Positions 49,316 through 59,697 of a stretch of 64,000 nucleotides of DNA are shown here, piece after piece. The notes beneath the pieces are model-generated. The model worked only from the letters and a program-made list of their open reading frames with translations, ran no database searches and was not told the DNA's origin. Numbering within the stretch: position 1 is the first letter of the stretch; each line of letters starts with the position of its first letter. The DNA comes from Candidatus Latescibacterota bacterium (GTDB lineage: Bacteria > Latescibacterota > UBA2968 > UBA8231): positions 2,112,001 through 2,176,000 of the forward strand of contig OZ241362.1 of the NCBI GenBank assembly GCA_965200315.1, given 5' to 3'. The translations under genes and the position numbers were made by a program.

Positions 49316-50710
49316 CTAATTCTCTTGGCTACGAGCGGCAAGGACCAGCTCCTTGAACTGATCTCCGCGTGCAGCGTAACTGGGAAACTGATCGAAGCTA
49401 GCGCAGGCCGGCGAAAGCAGCACCACGTCGCCAGTCTGCGCTAGGCGACGAGCAGCGTCTAGGGCTTCAGGTAGGCCGGGGCAGCGGTGGATAATCCCAC
49501 CAGCACCCGCCTGCCGTACAGCAGCGGCAATGCGCCGGGCCTCTTGACCGATGAGCAGCACGGCGCGGACATTGGCCGCGGCAATAGCAGTGCCCAAGGC
49601 ACTGAAATCGGCCCCTTTTGAAGCGCCGCCAGCGATCAGCAGCAGGGGCGCGTCAAAGGCCCGGATGGCAGCACAGCTAGCATCGACGGTCGTGGCCAGT
49701 GAGTCGTTGTAATAAGTAACGCCGTCGCACTCGGCAACGTATTCGAGGCGGTGGGGAAGGCCCGCAAAGGAGCGAATGGCCGCGGCAAAATGGGTCGGCG
49801 GCGCACCAAAGGCCAAAGCACCAGCTACGGCAGCGGCGACATTGCTCCAATTGTGTTGTCCCCGCAGAGGAATGTCGTCCACCGGACAAATAGCGGTCGG
49901 TTGCGCCCCTGGGCAGCAGGCCCACAACTGGCCAGCGGCAATCCACGCACCCGGAGCACTCGGGGTGGTTGTGCTAAAGGCCCACAGGGTAGCTAAACTC
50001 TCATCGGCAAAGGTTCGAGCCGTGGGACAGTCCCGATTGACGACGAGGATATCGCCGGGCGTTTGGTAGCGACAGATGGGTTTTTTAGCAGCGACGTACT
50101 CGGCGCGGTCAGCGTGATAGTCGAGGTGGTCCTCGGTGACGGAAAGAACCACGGCGATGTGCGGGCTTTGGTCGAGGTCTTGCAATTGGAAGCTGGACAG
50201 CTCTAGAACGACTCGGTCGGTCGGCTGCAACTCGTCAAGGAATTCGAGCGGCGGCCGGCCGATGTTGCCGCCGCTAAACACCCGTACCGACGGATCGGTT
50301 GCCAGCAAGGCATGCAGCAGCGCGGTCGTAGTGCCCTTGCCCTTGGTGCCGGTAATGCCGAGCACGGGCGCGGGGCATAGCTGTAAAAAGAGGCGCGTCT
50401 GGCTCGATACTTCGACGCCGCAACGGCGCGCCGCGCACAGGCGCGGGTCCAGCATCGGCAAGCCCGGCGTGCGGAACAGCAAGTCGAAGTCGGTCAGGTC
50501 ATCGAGGTAGCGGTCGCCGATGCGCCACCGTCGTACGCCCTCCACCGGCGTGGCCGGGGCACGGACATCGCACACGGCAAAGGGAATCTGGCGCACGTGG
50601 AGAAAGCGAGCCAGCGCGCGGTTTTCTATGCCGAGGCCAAGGAGGGCAATGCGCCGCTGGTGCAGAGCCGCGCTTGACTCTTTGGGGCCGGAGGATTTTT
50701 TTAGCGCCAT
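49316..50710 (-). CDS. murD: UDP-N-acetylmuramoyl-L-alanine--D-glutamate ligase
   Basis: 'GITGTKGK', 'ELSSFQL', 'DHLDYH', 'NDS.AT', 'SPACASFDQF'. Confidence 0.96.
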   Translation of the reverse strand: MALKKSSGPKESSAALHQRRIALLGLGIENRALARFLHVRQIPFAVCDVRAPATPVEGVRRWRIGDRYLDDLTDFDLLFRTPGLPMLDPRLCAARRCGVEVSSQTRLFLQLCPAPVLGITGTKGKGTTTALLHALLATDPSVRVFSGGNIGRPPLEFLDELQPTDRVVLELSSFQLQDLDQSPHIAVVLSVTEDHLDYHADRAEYVAAKKPICRYQTPGDILVVNRDCPTARTFADESLATLWAFSTTTPSAPGAWIAAGQLWACCPGAQPTAICPVDDIPLRGQHNWSNVAAAVAGALAFGAPPTHFAAAIRSFAGLPHRLEYVAECDGVTYYNDSLATTVDASCAAIRAFDAPLLLIAGGASKGADFSALGTAIAAANVRAVLLIGQEARRIAAAVRQAGAGGIIHRCPGLPEALDAARRLAQTGDVVLLSPACASFDQFPSYAARGDQFKELVLAARSQEN

Positions 50711-50758
50711 TGAATCGCAATACGCGCTTTAACTTAAATTAGATAGCGAGAAGGTGCT

Positions 50759-51136
50759 GTGGCTGTAACAATTATGCGTACGGTGCGGCCTAGTCCGCAA
50801 TGGCAAGACAGCTTGATCCGGCTAGAGAGCGGCCAGCGGGTCGTTATCGACGCCGAGGAAACTTGGTCGCCGGACATGCGCAACCAAATCGCCTGGTGCG
50901 GCGCCGATGGCTTGTACAACTTGCCGGCAGAATCGGGCTACCTACTGCCTGGAGCCAATGTCGGTACCCTCGTGGCGCGCATTGGCGACAGCGGGCCAAT
51001 CTTTGCCGTGGGCAGCCGCTGCGACTTTATCGCCGATCGCGCAGGCATCCTGTATTTGGCCATGAACGAAAACCCGGATTTCAACAACCAAGCCGGCAAA
51101 ATCGTCGCTCAAATCATCGTCTTCAGCCAACCATGA
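50759..51136 (+). CDS. Small beta-rich protein, LecA/PA-IL-like
   Basis: 'WQDS.I.L..GQ', 'G.LVARIG', 'G.LYLAMNE'; no signal peptide. Confidence 0.6.
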   Translation: MAVTIMRTVRPSPQWQDSLIRLESGQRVVIDAEETWSPDMRNQIAWCGADGLYNLPAESGYLLPGANVGTLVARIGDSGPIFAVGSRCDFIADRAGILYLAMNENPDFNNQAGKIVAQIIVFSQP

Positions 51137-52170
51137 GCCTCGCCGACAGTGCGGCGACCGCAGCCTATGCGCGCGCAGGTCATCCGCCCATCCGCGCGTT
51201 CGCTCCACTCGCCGAAGGGGTCTGGCGCATCGAAGACGCAGACGGCCGCAAGGTCGTGGTCAAACATCAACTCTTCGGGAGACTGACGCAGGGCACGGCT
51301 TACGACCTGTTGGAGGTCGAGCGCGACGTGCTCGGCTTCTTGCACACAGCGGGTTGTCCGGTGCCGGCCGTGCTGGGTATCGATAAGGAGGCCCACTGCA
51401 TCTTCTTGCAATGGGTCGGCGATCGCACCCTCGACGACGCCATTCAGGACGGGGACCGTGCGACGACGATTCAGGCCATACGCGGGCTGTGCGCCATTGA
51501 GAGAGCGTGCGCCCAACGCGCCGACCAGCTAAAGCCGAGGGTAGTGCCAAGCGCCAACCGCACAGCCCTCAACGTCGCCTGGGACGAGGCCGGAGCGCGA
51601 GCGCATACTGGCATCGAGCAGCTAGGCAGCCGTCTCCAGCGGCCGCTGGACGCTGGGGTCCAGCCGCTGCTCAAAGCCATGCACGATTGGCTGGCAGCAC
51701 GGCCAGCTTCGCTGGGCAGCGTAGATTACAACGCGTACAACGCAGTGGTCGAGCCGGGGGGAACGCACGTTTATTTTCTCGAATTTGCCAAAATTGGCTG
51801 GGACTGGACGGAACGGCGCTTGACTCAGTATACTTCTAGTATGGGTAGCGGGCGACAGGATGGGCGCATGCGCTCGCTGCTGGACGCATCCGCAGCGCGT
51901 TTATACGCCGAGGCGTCCGGGCGCAGCGACGGCGCGCGGGCGCTCGATTATCACCGCATCTTTTTTCTTTTAAACAGCGCAGCCCTGTTGTGCGCGGCCC
52001 TCGACGGCGAGCCGCACGCGCTGGCCCTGCGCCAACGCTGGAAAAGGCCCTATGCGAGGCTTAGGCAATGCGCGGCCATGCTGGCCGAGGGCCTGAGCAC
52101 AGACCCAAGCGCGGCCGAGTTCAGAAGCCGGTTGCAATTTTGTATATCACCACGCGGAGGTACCCTATGA
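51133..52170 (+). CDS. APH/choline-kinase-like phosphotransferase with variant motifs
   Basis: 'VVVK', 'E..VL.FL...GCPVP', 'VDYNAYN', 'FLEFAK'; ATGA overlaps at both ends. Confidence 0.65.
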   Translation: MSLADSAATAAYARAGHPPIRAFAPLAEGVWRIEDADGRKVVVKHQLFGRLTQGTAYDLLEVERDVLGFLHTAGCPVPAVLGIDKEAHCIFLQWVGDRTLDDAIQDGDRATTIQAIRGLCAIERACAQRADQLKPRVVPSANRTALNVAWDEAGARAHTGIEQLGSRLQRPLDAGVQPLLKAMHDWLAARPASLGSVDYNAYNAVVEPGGTHVYFLEFAKIGWDWTERRLTQYTSSMGSGRQDGRMRSLLDASAARLYAEASGRSDGARALDYHRIFFLLNSAALLCAALDGEPHALALRQRWKRPYARLRQCAAMLAEGLSTDPSAAEFRSRLQFCISPRGGTL

Positions 52171-52433
52171 GCGAGTGGAATACTCTCGATTTTAAGCCCC
52201 GGGCCCGAGGAATGATCATCGGCGATATTCCCTGGCTGGCGCGGATAGCCGACAAGGCGCGGGCGCGCCAACAGCACCGCATCGGCGACTACGTATTTCC
52301 CTGACCGGCCGACAAGCGCTTCCTGGAGGAAGTGGAGCTAACAGCCGAAGCATTCGAGGAGATGGTGGCCTCGTCCGCAGACGACGATGCCCTGATCGAA
52401 AAGATGAAAGCGCACTTGGACAGAAAGCACTAG
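52167..52433 (+). CDS. DUF5069-like putative selenoprotein, UGA at 52302-52304
   Basis: SD GGAGG; 'WLARIADKARA…IGDYVFP-U-PADKRFL'; frame continues 42 codons to TAG 1 nt before the next ATG; hairpin cgcttcc-tgga-ggaagtg 12 nt after UGA. Confidence 0.8.
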
Positions 52434-52434
52434 C

Positions 52435-53322
52435 ATGAGCACTTCAGCGCAAACCGTGCGCGCGCCAAGGCGGAGAGTCCGGGAGATGGAGGTGGAGGTC
52501 GTCCACGTGCGCCGCGACACCCCAGACACCACCACGCTCTTTATGTCGACTGGCGACGAGCCAATCGAATACCAAGCCGGCCACTTCTGCACCATTGATC
52601 CGCATCAGTTCGGTGAGCTAGAGCACTTCACCGCCTATTTAGAAGATCAAAAGGGGCAGCGGGAAAAGCCGCGGGCTTATTCCATGGCTTCTGCACCGCA
52701 CGAAGAGCACCTCGCCATCACGATCAAAGAAGAGCGCTACGAGAGCGGCGAGACGCCGTACCCGCCGCTATTGTCGCCGCTCTTGACTTACTACATCCAA
52801 GAGGGCAGGCGGCTGGTCATCAGCGGTTTTACCGGGGCGTACACCTTTCCCGCCGATGTCTGCGAGCGCACTGATCACATTATCCACTTGTGCGCCGGCA
52901 GCGGCATCGTGCCCAACCGGAGCCTGATCAAGGAAAGCCTGCACCGCGGCGACCCGCTTAGGCACACCTTGCTGTTTAGCAACAAGACGCGCGGCGACGT
53001 CATTTACTTCGAGGAATTCGAGGCATTGCGGGCGCAGTACCCCGACAAACTCAAAGTCATCCACTGCATCACCCGCGAGGACCCAAGCGGCATCCGCGGG
53101 GCCCACGAGGGGCGCATCTCTGGGGAACTCTTGTGCCAAGTCGCGCCCGATCCCGCCAAGGTGATGGCTTATAGCTGCGGCCCGGGCATCACGCCCTACG
53201 AGCGCCGGGCGGCTCGGGCCAAGGGAGAGACTCCCGAGCCGCGCTTCGTCGAAAACATGGTCGCGCTCTTGCAGGAGCATGGGCTGGACAAAAAGCAGAT
53301 CCGGCAGGAGAGCTGGGGCTGA
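52435..53322 (+). CDS. Ferredoxin-NADP reductase-like FAD/NAD(P)-binding oxidoreductase
   Basis: 'RAYSMAS', 'AGSGIVP', 'SCGP', C-terminal 'ESWG'. Confidence 0.85.
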   Translation: MSTSAQTVRAPRRRVREMEVEVVHVRRDTPDTTTLFMSTGDEPIEYQAGHFCTIDPHQFGELEHFTAYLEDQKGQREKPRAYSMASAPHEEHLAITIKEERYESGETPYPPLLSPLLTYYIQEGRRLVISGFTGAYTFPADVCERTDHIIHLCAGSGIVPNRSLIKESLHRGDPLRHTLLFSNKTRGDVIYFEEFEALRAQYPDKLKVIHCITREDPSGIRGAHEGRISGELLCQVAPDPAKVMAYSCGPGITPYERRAARAKGETPEPRFVENMVALLQEHGLDKKQIRQESWG

Positions 53323-54279
53323 ATGAAGTTAATCGTGCAGATTCCCTGCTTTGACGAAGAGCAGACCCTGCCCGCTGTAATCCGCGACATCCCGCGCCAA
53401 GTGCCCGGCATCGATCAAGTCGAAATTTTGGTCATCGACGACGGCTCCAGCGACCTCACCAGCGCGGTGGCGCGCGAGTGCGGCGCGGATCACGTAATTC
53501 GCTTCTCGCGCAACCGCGGGCTGGGCCAAGCCTTTAAGGCTGGTTTTGACGCTTGCCTACAGCTAGGGGCCGACATCATCGTCAATACCGACGGCGACAA
53601 CCAGTACTACGGCGGCGATATTGACAAGTTAGTCGCGCCCATCCTCGGCGGCCGCGCCGACATGGTCATCGGCGACCGGCGGACGCAGGCCATTGCCCAC
53701 TTCTCCGCCCTCAAGCGCTGCCTACAAAGCTTGGGCAGCCGGGTGATTAGCCGCCTCGCCGGCTTGCAGGTGCCGGATGTGGCCAGCGGCTTTCGCGCCT
53801 TTAGCCGCGAGTGCGCGATCCAGCTTTCGACCTTTACCAATTTCGACCACACGGCCGAACACGTGATCGAGGCCGGATACAAAAATTTGGCCGTGACTTC
53901 TGTTGCGGTGCGCACCAATCCCAAGACGCGCGAGTCGCGCCTCTTTTCCAACATCGGCAAGTTCGTCTTCAAATCCGCGGAGATCAGCTTGCGCACCTAT
54001 GCGCGCTACGCCGCGCTCAAGATATTCGCCCTGTGCGGCATCTTGACCTTTGCCGCGGGCTTTTGCCTCGGTGTGCGCTTTCTCTACTTCTTCTTTTTTA
54101 CCGACGAAGGAATGCTACACGTGCAGTCGCTGATTCTGGCGGCGATCTTGCTGTTGGCCGGGTTTCAGATGTTTCTCACCGGCGTCATAGCCGATCTGAT
54201 CGCCACCAATAGGGACTTGCTCGAAGATGCGTTGCAGCGAGTCAAGAAGTTGGAATTGCGCGATACGGGCAAAAGATAA
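53323..54279 (+). CDS. GT2 glycosyltransferase (DPM synthase-like) with two C-terminal TMs
   Basis: 'IPCFDEE', 'DDGSSD', 'NTDGDNQY', 'SGFRA'. Confidence 0.92.
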   Translation: MKLIVQIPCFDEEQTLPAVIRDIPRQVPGIDQVEILVIDDGSSDLTSAVARECGADHVIRFSRNRGLGQAFKAGFDACLQLGADIIVNTDGDNQYYGGDIDKLVAPILGGRADMVIGDRRTQAIAHFSALKRCLQSLGSRVISRLAGLQVPDVASGFRAFSRECAIQLSTFTNFDHTAEHVIEAGYKNLAVTSVAVRTNPKTRESRLFSNIGKFVFKSAEISLRTYARYAALKIFALCGILTFAAGFCLGVRFLYFFFFTDEGMLHVQSLILAAILLLAGFQMFLTGVIADLIATNRDLLEDALQRVKKLELRDTGKR

Positions 54280-54287
54280 TTTCCCAC

Positions 54288-55235
54288 ATGAAAAAACCTG
54301 CGGTTTACATCGACGGCCAAGAGGGGACCACCGGGCTGCGCATTCGCCAGATGCTAGCCGGGCACGAGGATGTGGAGGTGTTGCTCATTCCACCAGAGCA
54401 TCGCCGGGACCAGCACGCACGGGCCGAGTTTCTCAACCGAGCGGACTTGTGCGTACTCTGCCTGCCCGACGACGCGGCAGCCGAGGCCCTCGCCTTGCTC
54501 AAAAACCCACAGACCAAGGTCATCGATACGAGCACAGCGCGCCGAGTCCACCCCGAGTGGGTCTATGGATTGCCCGAGATTTCACCCGCGCACAAAGAGC
54601 GGATTCGCCGCGCACAGAAGGTCGCCAATTGCGGTTGTTATCCGGTCGGCTTCATCCTCGCGGTGCGGCCCCTCATTGCACAGGGGCTGCTCCTGCCCAC
54701 CGCGCCACTGGCCATCAACGCGGTGTCCGGCTATTCCGGCGGGGGACGCAAGCTGATTGCCGAATACGAGGGGGCAGGCGAGCACAAGCCTTTCTGTCTG
54801 TATGGCCTCGACGGCGCACACAAGCACTTGCCCGAGCTGTGGAAATTCAGCGGGTGCCAAAAGCAGCCGCTCTTTGTGCCGTCCGTCGATCATTCGTTCT
54901 GCGGCATGGTCGTCAGCACACCGGTCCCCACGGAATTTTTCGCCCGTCCTCGCGTCAATCGCGCAGCCGTGTACGAGGCTTGGCGCGCTTACTACGAAGA
55001 CTGTCCCTTTGTGAAGGTGGTCGCGCCCCAAGACGCTGTACTCCGCGACGACAAATTCCTCGAGCTAACGGGATTGAGCCATACCAACTTCGTCGAACTA
55101 TCGGTCTGGGGTGATCCTCGGCAGGGGTTGGTTTTGGTCGGGCGGCTCGACAATCTCGGCAAAGGAGCGTCGGGCAATGCCGTGCAATGTCTCAACTTGA
55201 TGCTCGACTGCGACGAGACCGCAGGGCTGGTCTAG
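54288..55235 (+). CDS. argC: N-acetyl-gamma-glutamyl-phosphate reductase (type 2)
   Basis: 'IDGQEGTTG', 'NCGCYP', 'SGYSGGG', 'LDNLGKGASG.AVQ'. Confidence 0.95.
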   Translation: MKKPAVYIDGQEGTTGLRIRQMLAGHEDVEVLLIPPEHRRDQHARAEFLNRADLCVLCLPDDAAAEALALLKNPQTKVIDTSTARRVHPEWVYGLPEISPAHKERIRRAQKVANCGCYPVGFILAVRPLIAQGLLLPTAPLAINAVSGYSGGGRKLIAEYEGAGEHKPFCLYGLDGAHKHLPELWKFSGCQKQPLFVPSVDHSFCGMVVSTPVPTEFFARPRVNRAAVYEAWRAYYEDCPFVKVVAPQDAVLRDDKFLELTGLSHTNFVELSVWGDPRQGLVLVGRLDNLGKGASGNAVQCLNLMLDCDETAGLV

Positions 55236-55985
55236 ATGCTCGTCGATAGCCACTGTCATCTCGACCAATTCGCCGATGCCGACGCCGTGCTCGCAGCAGC
55301 CGCCCAAGCCGGGGTCGGGCAGATAGTCGCCGTCAGCGAAAGTGCCAGTTCCATGCGGGCGGTGCTCGCGCTCAAGCAGCGGCACCCGGATCAAGTGCTA
55401 GCCGGGCTTGGCTTGCATCCAGCATGGATCACCCAAGCCACAGACGCCGAGATCGCAGACGCGCTCGCCTATCTGGCCGCGCATCTGCCCGAGGCCGAGG
55501 TCCTCGGCGAGGTCGGCCTCGACTACAAATGGGCGACTAGCCCGGCACAGCAGGCTCAGCAACAGGACGTCCTCGCACAGCAGCTCGACCTAGCGGCACA
55601 GTGCGGCAAGCCGATCAATCTGCACTCGCGTCGCGCCCAGCGGCAGACCTTGGAGCGGGCCGTGGAATTTCGCCGCCGCACCCAGCTCAACGCCCAGCTA
55701 CACTGGTTCACCCAATCCAAAAAACTCGTGCGGATCTGCCGTGCGGAGCGGATCTACGTGTCCGTCGGTCCGTCGGTCCTGTGCGATCCGCAGACCCAAG
55801 CCGTGGCCGCGGAGATCGACCGCGAGTTGCTACTGTTGGAAACGGACGCGCCCGTGCCCATTGGCGGGGCCGCGGGCCATCCAGCGCAGGTGGCAGCAGT
55901 CGCCGCAAAACTAGCCGAACTCATCGGATTCACCGAAGAGGAGGCCGCCGCCAATTGGGCGCGCTATTTGGGCAGGCTATCGTGA
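55236..55985 (+). CDS. TatD-family hydrolase
   Basis: 'DSHCHL', 'GLHP', 'GEVGLD', 'LHSR', 'ETDAP'. Confidence 0.93.
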   Translation: MLVDSHCHLDQFADADAVLAAAAQAGVGQIVAVSESASSMRAVLALKQRHPDQVLAGLGLHPAWITQATDAEIADALAYLAAHLPEAEVLGEVGLDYKWATSPAQQAQQQDVLAQQLDLAAQCGKPINLHSRRAQRQTLERAVEFRRRTQLNAQLHWFTQSKKLVRICRAERIYVSVGPSVLCDPQTQAVAAEIDRELLLLETDAPVPIGGAAGHPAQVAAVAAKLAELIGFTEEEAAANWARYLGRLS

Positions 55986-56108
55986 AAACATCCGCAGATG
56001 GGCGCAGATAGACGCAGAAAAGTAGAACAGATCCGCAGTTTGAATCGTTCAAGTCATTCAGGGTTGCTATATCAGCGCAATTACAGCAATCGGTAAACAG
56101 GAGGAACT

Positions 56109-57854
56109 ATGCCAACGAGTATTTTTGTCCTTGCTTGCGCCCTCATCTTTTGCGAGCTAGCAGGGCCAGCGAGCGCCCAACAAGGCCTAGGCAGCTTGGA
56201 AAGTCTGATCAAGCAAGGCGAAGAAGAAGTCAAACTACCGGCCTTGTCCGCGTCCGACCTGCCGGCCCTAAATCAGGATTTGATCTCCGATAAGGCGCGC
56301 CTGCCCGGCGGCTTGAGCGCGGATAAGACGCGCATCGGTCAGGATCGCGATATAGACCCAGACGCATACATCGTCGGTCCCAACGACGTCCTGCAGCTCT
56401 ACATCTGGGGCGAATTCGACAAGCCCTACACCTTGCAGATCGATCCAGAGGGCTACGTTCTCATCCCCACCGTCGGCTCGTTCCACATTTCGGGCCTGTC
56501 GCTGACCGCGGCCAAAGAGCGCCTCTCGACCGCAGTCCAAAACAAGTATCCCGGTGTAAAAATCAGCATTTCCCTCGTGAGTATGCGCCTCTTCACTGCG
56601 TACGTCACCGGCGCGGTGCTGAACGAGGGCAGCTTCACCATCCATCCGACCACGCGAGTTGCAGATATAATCAATCGGGCCGGCGGCTTTAGGGACCGGT
56701 TACAACGGATCGCGTTGCCGGGTCAGGATGCTACTACTCAGGCCACGGGCCGGCGCTCCATTGAGCTGATCCACCGCGACGACACTACTGAGCGCGTGGA
56801 TCTCGACATGTTCCTCGCCACCGGCGACCTCGCGCACAATCCCTACGTGCGCATGGGCGACGTGGTCCACGTATCGTTTCGCAAGCATTCGGTGTCCATC
56901 TTCGGCGCGGTCAACGAAGAGGGCGAATACGAATTCCTACCCGGGGACACCCTCGGCGACCTCGTGACATTGGCCAAGGGCTTGAACCGCTCCAAACCGC
57001 TGATCAGCGCCGAACTCTGGCGCTTTCAGGAGGGAGCCGAACAGGCCGAAGTCACTGAGCTGGGCGGCGACAAAGAGACGCTGGAGGAACTGGACTACGA
57101 GAACATCCGCCACGTTGAGCTACGTCCCAACGACGCGGTCTTCATCCGCGCGCGGTCGCTGTGGCAGTCCACGCACACGGTGGTGATCTCTGGCGAGGTC
57201 AGGTTCCAAGGCCGCTACCGCATCGAACCCGGAGTCACCCGTATCAAGGACGTGGTAGCCGCGGCCGGCGGCCTAACCGACGAGGCGTCTCTCATCGGTG
57301 CCCGAGTAATCCGCACTAGGGTACGAGCCGAAAGCGACCCGCAGCTAGAGCAGCTAAAGAGACAGAGCGAGGTGGCGGGCCTCACCTATATGAACATGGA
57401 GGATCGAGCTTATCTCAAGACCAAAACCCGCGAGGAAAAGGGGCGGGTCGCGGTCGATTTCGAGCGGTTGTTTGTCGATGGCGACGCACAGCAGAACATC
57501 CTGCTCGCCAGCGGCGATGTGATCTTTTTTCCCATGCAGCGGCACACCATCAGCGTCAGTGGCCAAGTGCAACGAGCCGGGCTGATCGACTACGAGGTAG
57601 GCCGCAAAGTGCGCTACTACGTAACCAAGGCCGGCGGCTACTTGTACGACGCTGACAGACGCAATGCCCGCCTAGTCCGGGCGCGCACGGGCGTCCGCGA
57701 GAAGCTCAAAGACAACCTGATAGTCGAGGTCGGCGACGAAATATGGGTGCCCCAGAAGGAGCGCATCAACTATTGGGTATTCTTCCAAGAGACTGTGGGC
57801 ACCGCCGCTAGGGTCCTCGCCCTCGTAATCGCGGTGCAGACGGTGTCGCGGTAG
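56109..57854 (+). CDS. Polysaccharide export protein (Wza/KpsD-like, SLBB repeats)
   Basis: Signal peptide, 'YIVGPNDVL', repeated 'V.G.V…AGG'. Confidence 0.9.
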   Translation: MPTSIFVLACALIFCELAGPASAQQGLGSLESLIKQGEEEVKLPALSASDLPALNQDLISDKARLPGGLSADKTRIGQDRDIDPDAYIVGPNDVLQLYIWGEFDKPYTLQIDPEGYVLIPTVGSFHISGLSLTAAKERLSTAVQNKYPGVKISISLVSMRLFTAYVTGAVLNEGSFTIHPTTRVADIINRAGGFRDRLQRIALPGQDATTQATGRRSIELIHRDDTTERVDLDMFLATGDLAHNPYVRMGDVVHVSFRKHSVSIFGAVNEEGEYEFLPGDTLGDLVTLAKGLNRSKPLISAELWRFQEGAEQAEVTELGGDKETLEELDYENIRHVELRPNDAVFIRARSLWQSTHTVVISGEVRFQGRYRIEPGVTRIKDVVAAAGGLTDEASLIGARVIRTRVRAESDPQLEQLKRQSEVAGLTYMNMEDRAYLKTKTREEKGRVAVDFERLFVDGDAQQNILLASGDVIFFPMQRHTISVSGQVQRAGLIDYEVGRKVRYYVTKAGGYLYDADRRNARLVRARTGVREKLKDNLIVEVGDEIWVPQKERINYWVFFQETVGTAARVLALVIAVQTVSR

Positions 57855-57942
57855 CAATGGACCAGGCCAAGCCCGACGCATCCTAGCTTTCGTGCTCGCG
57901 GTGCGGTCTCTTTAGACAAATAATTTCAAGGAGCACTACTGA

Positions 57943-59145
57943 ATGAATACCCCAAAAAAAGAAATCGACATCATCGATCTGCTAACGGCACTGTACGCTG
58001 GCCGATGGCTAATTATCGGCGGCACCTTGGCCATCTGCGTCTTGGCTGGTGGCCTCAGCTTCCTCTTGCCAAAGGAATACGAGGCCACCGTGCAAATTCT
58101 GCCCCCCCGAGATGAGAAGCAGAGTTTCGGCTTTTCCAGCCTGCTCTCGTCCTTACCCATACCCTCCTTGCGCCTCGGGGAAAGGGGCACACCGTCTGAC
58201 ATTTCTCTCGCGACTATTAGGAGCACGACGGCGCGGCGGCTGATGGTCGAGAAATTCGGTTTGATGCAGCGCTACGAGGCGCGCACCATGACCGACGCGA
58301 TTGAGGCCCTCGCCGACAAAACTACGGCCGACATGACCGAAGAGGGCATGCTCGGAGTCTCAGTAATTGACCAAGACCCGCAAACGGCTGCCGACATGGC
58401 CAATTACTACATCGTCCTGCTCGATAGCACCAACAAGCGGTTCGCGCACAAGACCGCCTCCGAGCGCTTGAGTTTTATTCGCGGGCTTTTGCAAGAAGAG
58501 GATAAAAAGCTAGAGGACAAGATGAAGCGGCTAGAGCAGTTCCAGTCCGAACACAATGCCATCTCGATTGCGGACCAAGCCCGCGCGGCGATTCTGACGG
58601 CCACCTCGATGCACACCGCCGCAATGGAACTCGCAATTGAGCGCCAGCGGCTCATCCTATCGGGGCTAGGTCCCAACCACGACAAGGTCAAACAGCTCGA
58701 GCGCGAAATCCTACTGCGGCAGGGGACCATAGCTTTCTTGCGCGACGGCCTCAAGCCTGCCGACAACACCATGCTGCACAACAAAGCGCTGCAACTACAG
58801 CTAGACGAAAACCTCTTCCTACCGCTGAATCAGATCCCAGGCGTGGCCCAAGAGTACGCAACCCTCGAAAAGGATGTGCTCGTGCAGACGTCCCTTATGC
58901 TGGTTCTGCTGCAACAGGAGGCCCAAGCCCTGATCGAGGCCAAGGACGCCACTTCGACCGTACAGATACTCGATCCGGCCACGCCGCCCGAAATCAAGGC
59001 AAGGCCCCAGCGCGTACTGATCGTATTTATCGCCGGCTTACTCAGCCTCATCGCCTCGACTTCCTATGTGCTGGGAGCGGTGTACATGCGAGACCTTCAA
59101 CAGCGCTGGCGCAACCGGAACCAGACGACGCCTGAGGTTTTATGA
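57943..59145 (+). CDS. Wzz/GumC-type polysaccharide co-polymerase
   Basis: 'EIDIIDLL', TM, 'Y.A...ILPP', coiled coil, 'LDPA.PP..KARP', TM. Confidence 0.88.
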   Translation: MNTPKKEIDIIDLLTALYAGRWLIIGGTLAICVLAGGLSFLLPKEYEATVQILPPRDEKQSFGFSSLLSSLPIPSLRLGERGTPSDISLATIRSTTARRLMVEKFGLMQRYEARTMTDAIEALADKTTADMTEEGMLGVSVIDQDPQTAADMANYYIVLLDSTNKRFAHKTASERLSFIRGLLQEEDKKLEDKMKRLEQFQSEHNAISIADQARAAILTATSMHTAAMELAIERQRLILSGLGPNHDKVKQLEREILLRQGTIAFLRDGLKPADNTMLHNKALQLQLDENLFLPLNQIPGVAQEYATLEKDVLVQTSLMLVLLQQEAQALIEAKDATSTVQILDPATPPEIKARPQRVLIVFIAGLLSLIASTSYVLGAVYMRDLQQRWRNRNQTTPEVL

Positions 59146-59582
59146 CTATTCAAGTGAAAGTGATCAATAATGGGGGCCAATCGCTGCCTACCTATGAGAC
59201 GGCGCACAGCGCGGGCCTCGACTTGCGCGCCGCGTTGTCAGAGGCCGTGATTTTAGCACCCGGCGAGCGCGGCCTCATTCCCACCGGCCTGTTCCTCGAA
59301 ATTCCCCCAGGCTACGAGGCACAGGTCAGGCCGCGCAGTGGTTTGGCCCTCAAGCGCGGCCTGACGCTACTCAACGCCCCGGGTACGATTGACGCCGACT
59401 ACCGGGGCGAAGTCGGCGTCATCCTGGTCAACCTTTCGGCTGAGGAGCAGTGCGTCGGTCCGGGCGACCGCATCGCCCAGCTCATTTTCGCGCCGGTGAC
59501 GCGCGGCGAGTGGGTCGAGGTCGAGGCACTCGCGGAAACGGAGCGCGGCAGTGGCGGCTTTGGCTCGACCGGGAGGCACTGA
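59142..59582 (+). CDS. dut: dUTP diphosphatase
   Basis: 'AGLDL', 'RPRSGLA', '[10 protein letters not shown]', 'RG.GGFGSTG'. Confidence 0.97.
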   Translation: MTIQVKVINNGGQSLPTYETAHSAGLDLRAALSEAVILAPGERGLIPTGLFLEIPPGYEAQVRPRSGLALKRGLTLLNAPGTIDADYRGEVGVILVNLSAEEQCVGPGDRIAQLIFAPVTRGEWVEVEALAETERGSGGFGSTGRH

Positions 59583-59697
59583 AACCGTCGCAAGCTAGAA
59601 ACCGCGATGCGTTTTTTTAATACGAGAGGGTCGGTGGTGGCCGCAGATCACTACTGCATTCGCAGGCTTTTGACGACAATGGTGCCCAGAAGCATTG

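Noticed and set aside
55989-56040. Short cgcagat repeats (also near 17130-17147) and ttagtga repeats at 11387-11405
   Set aside because: Low-complexity intergenic repeats; too short to assign a function
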